From the human T2T-CHM13v2.0 reference genome, Homo sapiens: a DNA stretch of 64,000 nucleotides. The stretch lies in the NCBI RefSeq assembly GCF_009914755.1, contig NC_060927.1; one strand, 5' to 3'. The translations under genes and the position numbers were made by a program. The notes beneath the pieces were generated by a model that was not told where the DNA came from, searched no databases, and was given only the letters and a program-made list of their open reading frames with translations. Positions 16,233 to 27,500 of the stretch are shown one piece after another. Positions within the stretch are counted from its first letter, which is position 1. Each line of letters starts with the position of its first letter.

Positions 16233-16309
16233 GAAGTCACTGCTATAATTGGGCAGGCAGAGAAAATCACAAAGGCTGCCTGCAAGCAAGCCATCCAGAG
16301 GTTAAGCAA

Positions 16310-16550
16310 CTAACAGTAACCACTGCCTTTCTTACTGAACTCCTAATATGAGCCTGGCATTTTACATGTACTCTCTCCTGTCATTCCCACAACAATTCTT
16401 CAAGGTAAGTATCATTATCCTCATTTTGCAGATGAGGAAAACGTCACTCCAAGAGGTTGAATAATTTACCCAGGGTCACACAACCAGAAAGTGGCAGAGA
16501 TGAGATTTGAACCCAGGTGTTTCTGATATCCATTATGCACACTGCCTTCC
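16310..16550 (-). mobile_element. MIR
   Basis: attatcctcattttgcagatgaggaaa...cagggtcacac...gatttgaacccagg. Confidence 0.85.
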
Positions 16551-18078
16551 ACTGGCCAAGTCCACTAAAGAAAACAATTGGATGATTCAGGCAAAAACAC
16601 ACAAAGCAACATTTTGGCCCAAATAATATAAATTCTGTCAGTTCCCTCTTCTCATAAGCTGAATAAAACACACTTGAATTTAAAAACCAAGAAAATTCTG
16701 TGTTCCATGTATTGTCTGTTAATCACTCACTGTCTTCTGTGCCAAGCAGAGCATGGCATGAGTCAGGAATTTAGAGGAGGCTGTTTATTCTGTCTTAGCC
16801 ATACGAATAGCAATTCAAGCACATCCCTGCCTCCATGGTTTTCTAATCCATCAGACAAAAAACATTGGAAACATGCAGTCGACTGAAGATGCATTTGAAA
16901 ATCTATTGCAAAATAACTGCCTCAAATTCTTAGTGGAACGAGAAAAGGTATAATATAATAAACATGTTCTCCTTTTGTGGCTATTTTTCTATCACTGGAT
17001 GTCCAATGAATGCAAAACGTCTCACTATAGCTCAGCTCTTATTCCAAAAGTCTAACATTAGAATGGGGCCTACAGTATATTAAATAAACAGCATTTATAT
17101 GAAGGAGTCTGTACATGAATAGGGGGAGATAGGGGAAATTTTAGCATACCCTCCCCTCATAAAAAAGAATGCTGAGAAGGTTTGGTTAATAAAAGCCACT
17201 GTCCTATAAAGTGGGTCTCACTGATTCTTGCCCCTGATGGAAAATGCCAAAGACAAGTGCTTCTGGACAATGTGTGCTGGAAAATGTGAAAATGTGCTTG
17301 ATATCCTGCAAAACTCAGCTTTTCTGATGTTGGAGTGATTGGCATAAAGAAAAGACCTCTGTGCTAAGCATTCCAAGGCAAGTGACCCTTAGAATTACCA
17401 GGCAAATATTTCAAAAAGTTGATCTCAGGCTCTACACTGGCCTATGGAATCAGAAAGCCAAAGTATAGAGTTATTGGATATGAAATGTATATGAACTCTA
17501 AGCTGAGAGCTGTTTTCTCAAAGAAGAGAAATTACTGGCATTTCAAAAAAAAATTTAATGGTCTCTTTTTCACACTTCCACTTAAACTTTTTCCACTAGT
17601 CCTTGCCCTAGGCCAGATTTTTGAAAAATCATCTCAATAATGTCATGAATGACTATCATTTTTAAAGTTAAGAGCTATGCATTGATGTTTAGTTTAACCA
17701 CTCTTTTAAGGTACCAAGTGGGCTATATAAAATAATGGCTTCCTGGATAACTGTGTATGTATTTTCTCAGGGCTTAAGGGAGCAAGTGTTCAGTATCACC
17801 CATATGAGTTTATCACCTATTTCCTATTTCTCACACATCAAACCATCATGAGAAAGATTTGTGGATATACAGAGATCATCATAGCTTAAGGTTTAAAAGG
17901 GGATAAGAAATTTTCTTTAACCCCCAATGGATATATATAATGAAGTGACCCAAACCACTTCAGGTTAGGTCCTCAGGGACAGGATAGATTCTTATGTGAG
18001 GAATGCTTTCCAAGATTTTTAGAATCCACAAACATACAAATGTACAAATATTATTTAGAAGATGGATTCTCCTTTAGA

Positions 18079-18335
18079 AGAGGCAACATGTACAGTGATT
18101 AAGAACCGCTTTGAAGTCACACAAACCTTGGTTCAGATCTCACCCCCTCCACTTGCCAGCTGTATGATCCTGGGCAGGACTTCTCCAGGCCTCAGTCTGC
18201 AAAATGAGGGCAATGGTATTACCCACTCCATGAGGTTGTGGTGCAGATCATGTGAAATGATGCATGTGAAACACTCAGCACCTTGTCAGACATGTGGTAA
18301 GCACTCAATAAATGTTAGCTATTAATAAGAACAAT
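18079..18335 (+). mobile_element. MIR (near full length)
   Basis: cttggttcagatc...tgtggtaagcactcaataaatgttagctatta. Confidence 0.85.
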
Positions 18336-18600
18336 AAAAATATTTTTAAACTGCTATCCTCTTCAGAATTTTAACAACCGTATAAAGAGCAGAATGCCAA
18401 ACTCAGCATTTATAAGACTATTAAATCCTGCCACTAAAATAAATTCTGTAGGCCTTGTAGCACATCTATAAAAAAAAAAAAAAAAAAAAAACCTGGTAAT
18501 GACAGTGAATTATGGTGTGTGTGGGGGTGTCTAGCTAATCAGGACAGCTGATGCCACCTTCCATGCTAATGACATTACACACAGAAAAAATGTGATTTAA

Positions 18601-18951
<351 letters not shown>

Positions 18952-20215
18952 GTGATTTAAAATTCTTAAGCCACTTTTGCCCTGTAAAGTTGGGCTCAGT
19001 GAGTTCACCAGTCCTTTTGCTGTGAGTTACTTCACAAATGCATGTGTATAGCTCCTGGCTTTCTTCAGAATCTCATCTCCTCTCTGAATCCTAAGTATAC
19101 CTTATATTCCTGGAAGCTCAGGGTAACTGCCACTTCAGCTTGATGCTGAAGTATTTTCTCTCACTAAATGAACAGTTTTTGCCCAGCTGGAGTTCTTACT
19201 AAGAGAGTTTCAGACTGTTTTTCTCATTTCCATGCGGCAAGTGTGATAGAACCTTTCACATCATGGAGCTGAGCCACAGTCAATGTGAGACTGTGAGATT
19301 ATACTCTGGAATTGATCCTGAACTTTTCTTTTGGCCAAGAGCCATTGCTCTTTAGAATATATCACTCTTCCAAGAGCATTACAAGTTGACCTTCCTTGAG
19401 AGGTCATTTTTCTTAAGGAAACAGTGATTTCATTGCTTCAGATGGCCCAGTAGAGATGGTGGAAGCCATGCTGGATATGGAAGCTGGGTCTCCAGCTTGG
19501 CTCCCCACTCGTTCACTCTCTCACTCAGGAATTCACTCCCTCAGCCAGCCTTGCAGTCTACCCAAACCAGCTGCATGCCTTGGAAAAATTACAGATTGTC
19601 ACCTGTCATGGTCCCTGGAAACAGTTAAATCATGAATTTTAAGTCCATTACTGTCAACGATGTACTATATAAATGGGTAAACTTTTGTCAGTTTCTTTCT
19701 CCCAATTAAATGTTATATAGCAAGATTTGCTGGTAGGGCACAGGGACCCTAAAAGAGCTTAAACAAGAAAACAAATAAAGGATATGAAATAAACACTAAT
19801 GATCACTGTCACTAGGATCTCACATTTAATGCATCCCCATTTCTATTATTCCTGACTACTCCTGCTTATGGGTCTGGAACGTTGGGAAGCCACTGCAGGA
19901 CTGGTCTACAGGCGTCTAATGGGATGAAAGCGTATGGATTTGAGTTCCAACCAAGTTAGTAAAAGTGGTTCATCAGTGATCCTCCTCTGGATTGTGGACC
20001 TGGTGGGCTTCTTCTGAACCGTCAGACCAAGGAAAGTCTTACACACACTGTTTCCTCTATATCCTCTTCTACAAAATGATTGTGTATTTTTCAGGTTGCA
20101 CTCTGCACTGGGTTACTAGAAATACAGTAGGTTGCACTGATGATTTAACTCTGTTTTCTATAAGGGCTACGGGATCTCATGCAGATTTTTGCAAAGTTAT
20201 ATGCAAATCACAGAG

Positions 20216-20235
20216 CCCGGCCCTTTTCTTAACAG
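20216..20235 (+). promoter_or_regulatory. KALRN: Polypyrimidine tract and 3' splice acceptor of the Kalirin-7 exon
   Basis: cccggcccttttcttaacag|G; phase-0 junction into the recognised peptide. Confidence 0.88.
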
Positions 20236-20298
20236 GATGGCAACCTTGTTCCTCGGTGGCACCTGGGACCTGGAGATCCTTTCTCCACTTACGTTTAG
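20236..20298 (+). CDS. KALRN: Coding part of the Kalirin-7-specific terminal exon, DGNLVPRWHLGPGDPFSTYV* (PDZ-binding motif STYV)
   Basis: Acceptor cccggcccttttcttaacAG (AG at 20234-35), then 20 codons GAT GGC AAC ... TCC ACT TAC GTT and TAG at 20296-98. The peptide matches the Kalirin-7 C-terminus as I recall it. Confidence 0.93.
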   Translation, partial: DGNLVPRWHLGPGDPFSTYV

Positions 20299-21059
20299 CG
20301 CGCATCCTGGGACTTGTCCCTGCAGCTCACCGGGTTAGCCGTGGCACCGTTGGGACCTCCCACCAGGACTCCAATCACCCACCTCTCTTGAGACTTCTCT
20401 GGCAGGGCTGGTGTGGGGTGCAGCCTTTGCTCAGAGGGCAACATGTTCCAAGCAAAATCTCCCCGCCTGGGCCATGGGCTCACCCTCGGGGCTCCCTTCT
20501 TCTCTACTGGGTGCAATTCGAGGTTGCTGAGCTTCTCTCCAAAGTCTAAAATGGTGGGGCAGTAGGGACCTGTGAGAGGCCCAATGGCCCAATGTACTTC
20601 CCCCAGATCCCACTCAGAACAGCAGGTACGCCCAGGCTCCTGCTGCCCTAGAGGTCTGCAACATGAGTGAAGAGGTTAATTAGAGGGACACACTTATCTC
20701 TGAAGTTTTTCTCCAGGCTGAACATTTCTATTATCAGTGGCCCCTAATCTGGAAAAACCCATCATTCTAATCTAGCTTGTATCCCCACATCATGAGAAAG
20801 AGGGAAGAAGAAGAAGGGATGATGTGTGGTAGAGAAGATGAGGGTTAACTTTAGCCTTTCCCAAACACTGGCAACAACCACTTCCTCAACAATTTTTCTA
20901 TTTGCTTCAGCCTACTCAGATTTTTTCAGGTTTTTCTAGCTCCTCCATAACCTCACTCCCTCCCGAGGTCTCTGGTTCAAAGACCACCCTACCAGCCCCT
21001 ATTTGCTTCAGGTTATCCTGTTGAGGGTGGGTGGGAAGAGTGAGAAGATATAAATGAAA

Positions 21060-21175
21060 AACTGGCCACATGTTGATAATTGTTGAAACTAGATGATGGT
21101 ACGTGGACATTCATTATACCATTCTCCCCACTTCTGTATTTGTTTGCAATTTTTCATAATAAAAAAGTTTTAAAA
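21060..21175 (+). mobile_element. Old L1 (L1MC/MD/ME-type) 3' end within the 3'UTR
   Basis: gttgataattgttgaaactagatgatggtac...ttcattatacc...ttttcataataaaaaagtttt is the typical L1M terminus. Confidence 0.75.
21158..21163 (+). terminator. Candidate proximal AATAAA supplied by an old L1 3' end
   Basis: ttttcatAATAAAaaagtttt at the end of the L1M fragment. Confidence 0.4.
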
Positions 21176-21666
21176 GTCCTCCAGTTTCCAACACACTCAA
21201 GAGAGAGCCCCAACCCCAAACACAGAGTTTCATGGAAACCCCACACCAAGGCAAGAGGCAGAGATGATGATTCCATTTCATATATACACTCATTTTCTAA
21301 CTTTTTTTAAAGGCCCACTGCTTTATTTTCAATAGATTAAACCTGATTTCTGAGAGGTCCTGAAGTTGGGCTTATTTCCCTGGCTGGGTTATGGGGGAGG
21401 GCAGGGTAAAGGGATCCTTAAAAAAGTTTACACTTCTATGTATCTCACAATCTTATTGTGAGGATGTGACTTGTTCAGTGTTCTGAACTTTTCGAAGGAA
21501 TCGTGCTCTCAATGCAAAGTGTCATTCTCTGGAATTGCACCTGGCTCAGGAAAGGACTGTCTTTGTACTTGAATTTAAATCCAATGGAGAACTTTAACAC
21601 GGGCATTTGCATGACTGAGAATTGCTGCTGTCTTTTTTCCGTATGTCACTTTCTTGAATGTGTTCT

Positions 21667-21672
21667 AATAAA
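21667..21672 (+). terminator. Candidate distal polyadenylation signal AATAAA
   Basis: U-rich upstream sequence, TGTA at ~21564, and a CA plus GT/T-rich sequence downstream. Confidence 0.6.
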
Positions 21673-21893
21673 ATGATTCTAAAGCAGGCTGTTGATATAC
21701 AGTGATTTATAAATACTTTCTGTTGAGTGCTGAGGCCCTTAATTCTCTGCCAAGAACCCTTCCCATCCCACTTTCCAGAAAGATCTGTCAAGCTGGGGAC
21801 AGATGCAATGAGCGTGTGTCCGGCATGATGGCGGCACCACTGCAATTGCAGCACTAATGAGAATCATATCAACCACAGCAATTTTGTCTTCTG

Positions 21894-21906
21894 GTTGCCT
21901 AGCAAC
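21894..21906. promoter_or_regulatory. RFX X-box motif GTTGCCTAGCAAC
   Basis: Near-palindromic match to the RFX consensus. Confidence 0.5.
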
Positions 21907-22310
21907 AGAATTTGTTTTTCAGAATAAAGATAATCATAGGTAGAACAGGAGTGTGGTGGGGGGAAGGCAGAGGAGGGGGCAGGGCAGGAACAGGAGTATA
22001 ATTGACTCCCCCAGGAGGGAATGAGGGAGCAGGGTAGAAGGGAGAGAAAAGCAGCCAAAAAGAGAGAAAGGCAAACTTCAAACTTTCTTTTTTCAGTGGT
22101 AGTCCTCAGCACGTTCAAGTGATAATCAATGGTAAAATTTTATTTACAAAATTAAACCTTTTGATATCAAGCTATAGCAATTTACAAATCTCAAAATCTC
22201 ATTAGGCAAACTGGAAGCAAAAGGGAAATATATATATCTCTGAAGGTAGATATTTTGAGAAACACTTTTAATCCTAATCTTTATGCCCCTCCAGCCAAGA
22301 CTAGCTAGGG

Positions 22311-22477
22311 CAGGGGTCCCCAACCCCTGGGCTGCAGACTAACTAATGCCTGATAATGTGAGATGGAACAGTTTCATCCCAAAACCATCCCCTACCCACC
22401 TGCTCGCCCCTCCCATTCATAGAAAAATTGCCTTCCATGAAACCAGTCCCTGGTGCCAGAAAGGTTGGGGACCACTG
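22311..22477. mobile_element. MER1B-like hAT-Charlie element, internally deleted
   Basis: TIRs caggggtccccaacc / ggttggggaccactg; 8-bp TSD agctaggg / agctaagg. Confidence 0.85.
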
Positions 22478-22619
22478 AGCTAAGGCACTCCCATGAGCTA
22501 GTAACAAACTTGGGCCAACTCTTTGGGAAATGAGGCATTGTTAAGAACCTCATGGCTTAAAGGCTTCATAAAAGGAAGGGGAGGCAGAACCAGTCAAGGA
22601 GGTTTCCATTCACTGGGCG

Positions 22620-22800
22620 CTTTTCTGACACCAAGTACCAGGAAGACACTTGATATCCTCTAATTTTCACAGCCATCCTGAGAGGCAGGTAGTACTTTGT
22701 TTTCCAAATGAAGAGAAGTAGATAACTTAAACTCACAGCCAGAACATAGCAGATCTGTGATTCAAATTCAGATCTCTCATCCCCAAATCCATGCTTTTCC
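22620..22800 (-). mobile_element. MIR
   Basis: cacagccatcctgagaggcaggtag...gattcaaattcagatct. Confidence 0.6.
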
Positions 22801-23689
22801 AGGTCACTGGGCTGATGGCCCAGGTGCCCAGCCTGGGGTCTTCCTTGCACACCTCCCACAGGTGTTCACATCAAGGAACTATGCAGTTCTGTATGCCCTC
22901 GGGGTGCAGACCAGTGTCCTGCTCTTCCTTGTGTGATTGGAGATCCCTGACGGCCAGGGTCTTTGCAGCACACATCCATGTACCCTTGCCTTGTTGTGTA
23001 GAGCACAGGCTGATGAGGCGGAAATCACCATTTGGTTTTCATAGGGATTTGTTTACTTAGCAAATATTTTTCGAGTGCCTCCAAGCGCTGGGCATTATGA
23101 AGTGGGTGAGTAAACAGTCCCTGTTCTCACAGAGCTTACCAGTAGAGGAGACAGATATTAGTCAAGTAACACATGAGTGGATATATAAATACAACTGAAA
23201 AGGACCTTGGAGATCATTGAGATCAACTGATGAAACTGAGACCCAGAAATGCTAGTTGCCCAAGCAATTTGCCCAAGACCATGTAGCAAGTTAGGGCCAG
23301 AATAAAGACGAGAACTCAGAACTCCTGATTTTCATTCTTAAACTGTTTTCCCTACCCTAATATGTCACACTCTGGTCTGCTGCATATCCATAATAGACTG
23401 CCCCCAAGCCCCAGCCAGCCATATAATCATGTTGATCCATCAGGACACTATTGCCATTTTTAGAAAAAAACAGAGAGTATTTTGAAATGATAATTAAAGA
23501 GTATAGTGAACTAAATCCCTCAGGGTGGCACTTACCAAAGCTTGTTTTCAGAGTTATCTCGGAGCCCAGAGCAGAAACAGAGAGAGGCAAGGCTCCCATG
23601 CTGTAGCGACACTGACTAATAAGGGTGCTTACAGGTGTTTCAGTGTTTTGGTCTCACCCCAATACTTTCTCATCTCCCAGATTCAGCAG

Positions 23690-23965
23690 TTGCTTATTCA
23701 CTCATTAATTCAACAAATATATACTGAGTGCCTACTAGGTGCCAGGCACAGTTCTTGGAGCTAGGGACACAGCAGTGAACAAAACAGGCTGCCCTCATGG
23801 AGCATACATTCTAGCTGGGAGAAACAGACAATAAACAAAATAAATAACACAGCATATTAGAAGAATCAAAGAAAAATAAGAAAGGAAGGTAGGGAGTGCC
23901 AAAGGTAGAGATGCATTTTTAAATAGGGTAGTCAGGAAAAAGACCTTCCTGAGAAAATGATGTAC
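23690..23965 (-). mobile_element. L2a 3' end
   Basis: attcaacaaatatatactgagtgcctactaggtgccaggcac...gccctcatggagcatacattctag. Confidence 0.85.
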
Positions 23966-24397
23966 TCAGTACATCATTTTCTTTATTTAGTGACAAATAA
24001 ATGTATGTATATACATACATATGTACATATGCACAGGCATATATACATATAATTTATATAATACAGATACATATGTAAGACCTTCCTGAGAAAATGATGT
24101 ACTGAGTCATCATTATATATATACATATGTACATATACACATACATATATATACTATACATATACAAATATACAAATGAATTGGTGATAAATATATCTCT
24201 TTAAGTGTGACAGTGCATTTGACATGATTTAACATGTCGCTGTGGGCCTAGCTCTGAATAGCCAGCATATTGTGTAATTTGAAAAGTCCCACAAGCTGCT
24301 TCCTACTCCTTACAGAAAAAGGAAAAGAAAAAAAAAGCTTCTCATGGCATGTACCAATGCCCAATTCCTAGCATTCCCTTTTTGTGGGGCACTAAAG

Positions 24398-24578
24398 AAG
24401 TAGTTCTCAAACTTGAGTGTACATCAGAATTGCCTGGAAGGATTGTTAAAGCACAGACTGCAGGGCTGCACCCCCGGAGTTTGTGGTTCAATAAGATTTG
24501 GATGGATACAAAACTTTGCATTTCTAACAAATTCCCAGGTAATGCTGGTGGTCCAGGGACCACAGTCTGAGAACCACT
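24398..24578. mobile_element. MER5A (hAT-Charlie)
   Basis: agtagttctcaaacttgagtgtacatcagaat...tttctaacaaattcccaggt...tgagaaccact. Confidence 0.85.
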
Positions 24579-27500
24579 AAATTAAGCTGTTATAGCTAGG
24601 AGGTTCCTGTTAAAATGAAGCTATTGCCTGAGAAATGAGGCATCCATTCATTAGGATGCATGGATGTTATCAAAGTAGTTATCCTTAAACAGCAGAATCG
24701 TTTAAAAATTGGACTATTTTTTTGAACAGGGGTAAGTTTCAGAAGCCACAGCCAAAGACCCCAAGCATGGAGGAATTAAACAAGGGATGTGTCCTGAAAG
24801 GAGGTGCCAACAGTATTTCATTATTTGTCTATCAATGCTTTACATTTTCATAACGTAATACTTTTATAAGCCCTTTTGACCACTACTTTCTTTTGACCAG
24901 TTAACCTACTAGGTGGGCAGTGCAAATGAATTATTACATTTTATAAATAAGAAAATTGAGACAAAAAGAGGTTATATGGCCTCCCTTGAGCTATCAAGTC
25001 TGAGACTCCCAGATCTCTTACTCCTATTCCATTTTTCTTTCTCCATTAACATTTTTCATAACACTAGCTATAGCTTTCGCCTGAGACATCTATTCTGGGA
25101 TCATTAAAATCCAGGACATACAGCTGCTCTTGGTCTTTTGCCCTGTTCAGAATCCCACTTGCTGCAAGTAGATTATTCATATAAGTGATTAACTATGTCA
25201 CGTCCTAGGCCCTGCATCAGTTTCTTCTGCCATAAACACATTTTTATTCTTCTCCACTGGGTATTTTACGGAGAAAATGCTAACTCATTTTGTTATTAGC
25301 CTAAGCTAGAACTTAGCATTATGAAAGCAAACCTGCTGGGGGAAAACACACATAATCCTTTCCAAAGGCAAATAGAAAAGACATTTTGATTATATGTACC
25401 ATTGCTTTCATTCCATTAGTAGAGATAATTGAAAGTTTTCTGTTTCACGAAAGTACCCAGCAAAATGAGAGTAGATTTTGTTATATCTGATGACTGGTTA
25501 ATCACATTCTTGAGTATTTAAATCTACCTACCCCTCCACAAAAAATGGAAATGAAGCATAAAATCCTTTTTTCCAGTTCTTGTCCTTCTAGTCATTTTCT
25601 CCATGTCTGCACTGTCTCCTCTTGGTGAGACAGTGAGGTCTCCCATTGACTCTCATGGTAGGGACCCTGTGGGTCACAAGGAGCTATCTTCCTTCTGCTT
25701 CTATACTGTCTTTGACTATCCAGCAGCCCAAGGCTTTAGAAGCTTAATTTCTAAATCTGCTCTCATCTGTCACCCAATACATTGATATTCTTACATCTTC
25801 TTCCTTCTCTACTGCCATTGGGACCATTCATTTATTCAGTAAACATTTACTATGTATCAGACACTCTAAGAGCCACTGAACAGGCTACAAAAATGAGTTT
25901 GAAATAATCCTATCCTCAAAGAACATGGCATGTTATAGAACCACTCCCTAAATCACATGGAGTCATAAACATCCGGATGTCTTCTCTATGTGGGTTACAG
26001 TCCCACGCAAGCTGCTCCCCATTTTCATTCTCTGTACTCTATGCTCAAAGAAAGCTAGTTGATGAGTTTTTTCAGCTCCAACATAAAATAGGCACCATTA
26101 GGAAATAAAATACACCTGGGGAAGAGAAAAGTGGGATGAGGAAGGAGAACTAGTCTGCGATTCTGAGTACACACAGAGATAGGTATGTATCGGCAGCCCA
26201 AAAGCATGGTAAACAGGGAGCAGTATAGGATCTAATATCTGCTGTAGACATTCCATGTGTGGACCATGGAAACTGATATATGTGGGTCATAAAGCTTGGA
26301 TGACTAGAAGTTTCATATTGATGAAAGATCCAGTGTGAATGTGGTTTTGCTGAGCTTTAGACTCCAAAGTGTGCTGTGAAAATGACTATCCTTTAAAAAA
26401 ATTAATGTTCACTGCAACACAAGGACTGAACATAAGAGAAAACAGGTTGAGTTGTGGGAGAGAGTGGAATGCAAGATTCAATGAGCTGAATCAGTATTAG
26501 AGAACCCATAAGAAAGATTCAGATCCTAGTCCAACAATGTGTATGTATGTGCATATAGGTACACAAATACATATGCACAGGAAATGTGTCAAAGGCCAGT
26601 TTTTATGAGGATGAGTCTCTTAAATATATTTCAAACTTATAATCCAGAAAGGAAGACAAGTTTAGAAAACCAAAAGTGCAGTCAGAGTTAAAGATAAGAT
26701 TGTTAGGTGACCACACATCTTCCTCCCATTTGTGTGGAGCTACCTGAAGGTGTAGCACCTTTCACACTCTCAGCAGCTTAGAGGGGCTCAGCCTCTGACC
26801 ACTCTTTTTTAGATTGGGCTTCGTGAATAGAATCACAAGCCAGGGGTTCAGGGTAGATATGCAGCTGGTTCTCAGATCTGTCCTTTGAAACCTGTTTTTA
26901 CTGGTTCTGAAAACCTGTCCTGGCCCTGAAGAGAGTTTTCTCAGCACAGTGCTTATATCCAGGCTTACTAATGACCATCAAAGGTGCCAGTGGCATGATA
27001 GTACAGCCAGGCCTACCATGGGTGGATGTGGACATGGATAATGGTAGCCGTAGTTAGAATTTAGAGAGTTCAGAAATAGCAGTGATGGGAGAGGGGGTTT
27101 CTATGTGTCTGCTTTTGAGTTTCTGGGATGGTGGAATAAGGAAAGTTATTCTATCTGTAAGGATGTCCAGTGATTCTGTTACCTATTAATGGTGACCTTC
27201 TAATCAGCTTTATACCTAACATAATGTGGAGGTTTTAGATTTGCCTGTGTTGAGTTCTGCTGGGTGGTTGTTATGGCATGCATCTGAGTAAAGGGAAGTA
27301 CCAGGTTGGGGGTGGGGATAAAAAATAATTGATGTAGAAAGAGAGTTTAGATTTTATTGGTATGGCACTGTCACTCCGAGAGTGACCTGTAAGGATAGCA
27401 CTCTGAGTGTTGCTCTGGTGTCTCACAGATTCACGAGGACTTGCCTGGGATCTTGGCCTTGAGAAAAGCAAGTGGTTGATAAAATTGATTGACACAATTG

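Larger units (their letters stand above)
20299..21690 (+). other. KALRN: Probable Kalirin-7 3'UTR
   Basis: Runs from the stop codon to the region after AATAAA at 21667-72. The 3' end is inferred, not observed. Confidence 0.6.

Noticed and set aside
16105-16243. CRISPR-like or other prokaryotic system
   Set aside because: The repeats are directly adjacent with no spacers, and the whole window is primate intronic DNA.
18274-18290. RE1/REST-like half site tcagcacc
   Set aside because: The second half-site and spacing are wrong, and it lies within a MIR.
20081-20130. Upstream alternative acceptor tgtgtatttttcAG at 20093-94
   Set aside because: It would give only VALCTGLLEIQ* with no PDZ motif, and nothing supports its use.
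20115-20135. let-7-like string agtaggttgca
   Set aside because: Only a short match, with no seed-containing 5' end and no precursor hairpin.
19992-20549. Longest ORF (185 aa), overlapping the Kalirin-7 exon
   Set aside because: It has a non-ATG start, is in a different frame from the recognised peptide, spans intron and UTR, and has no recognisable domain.
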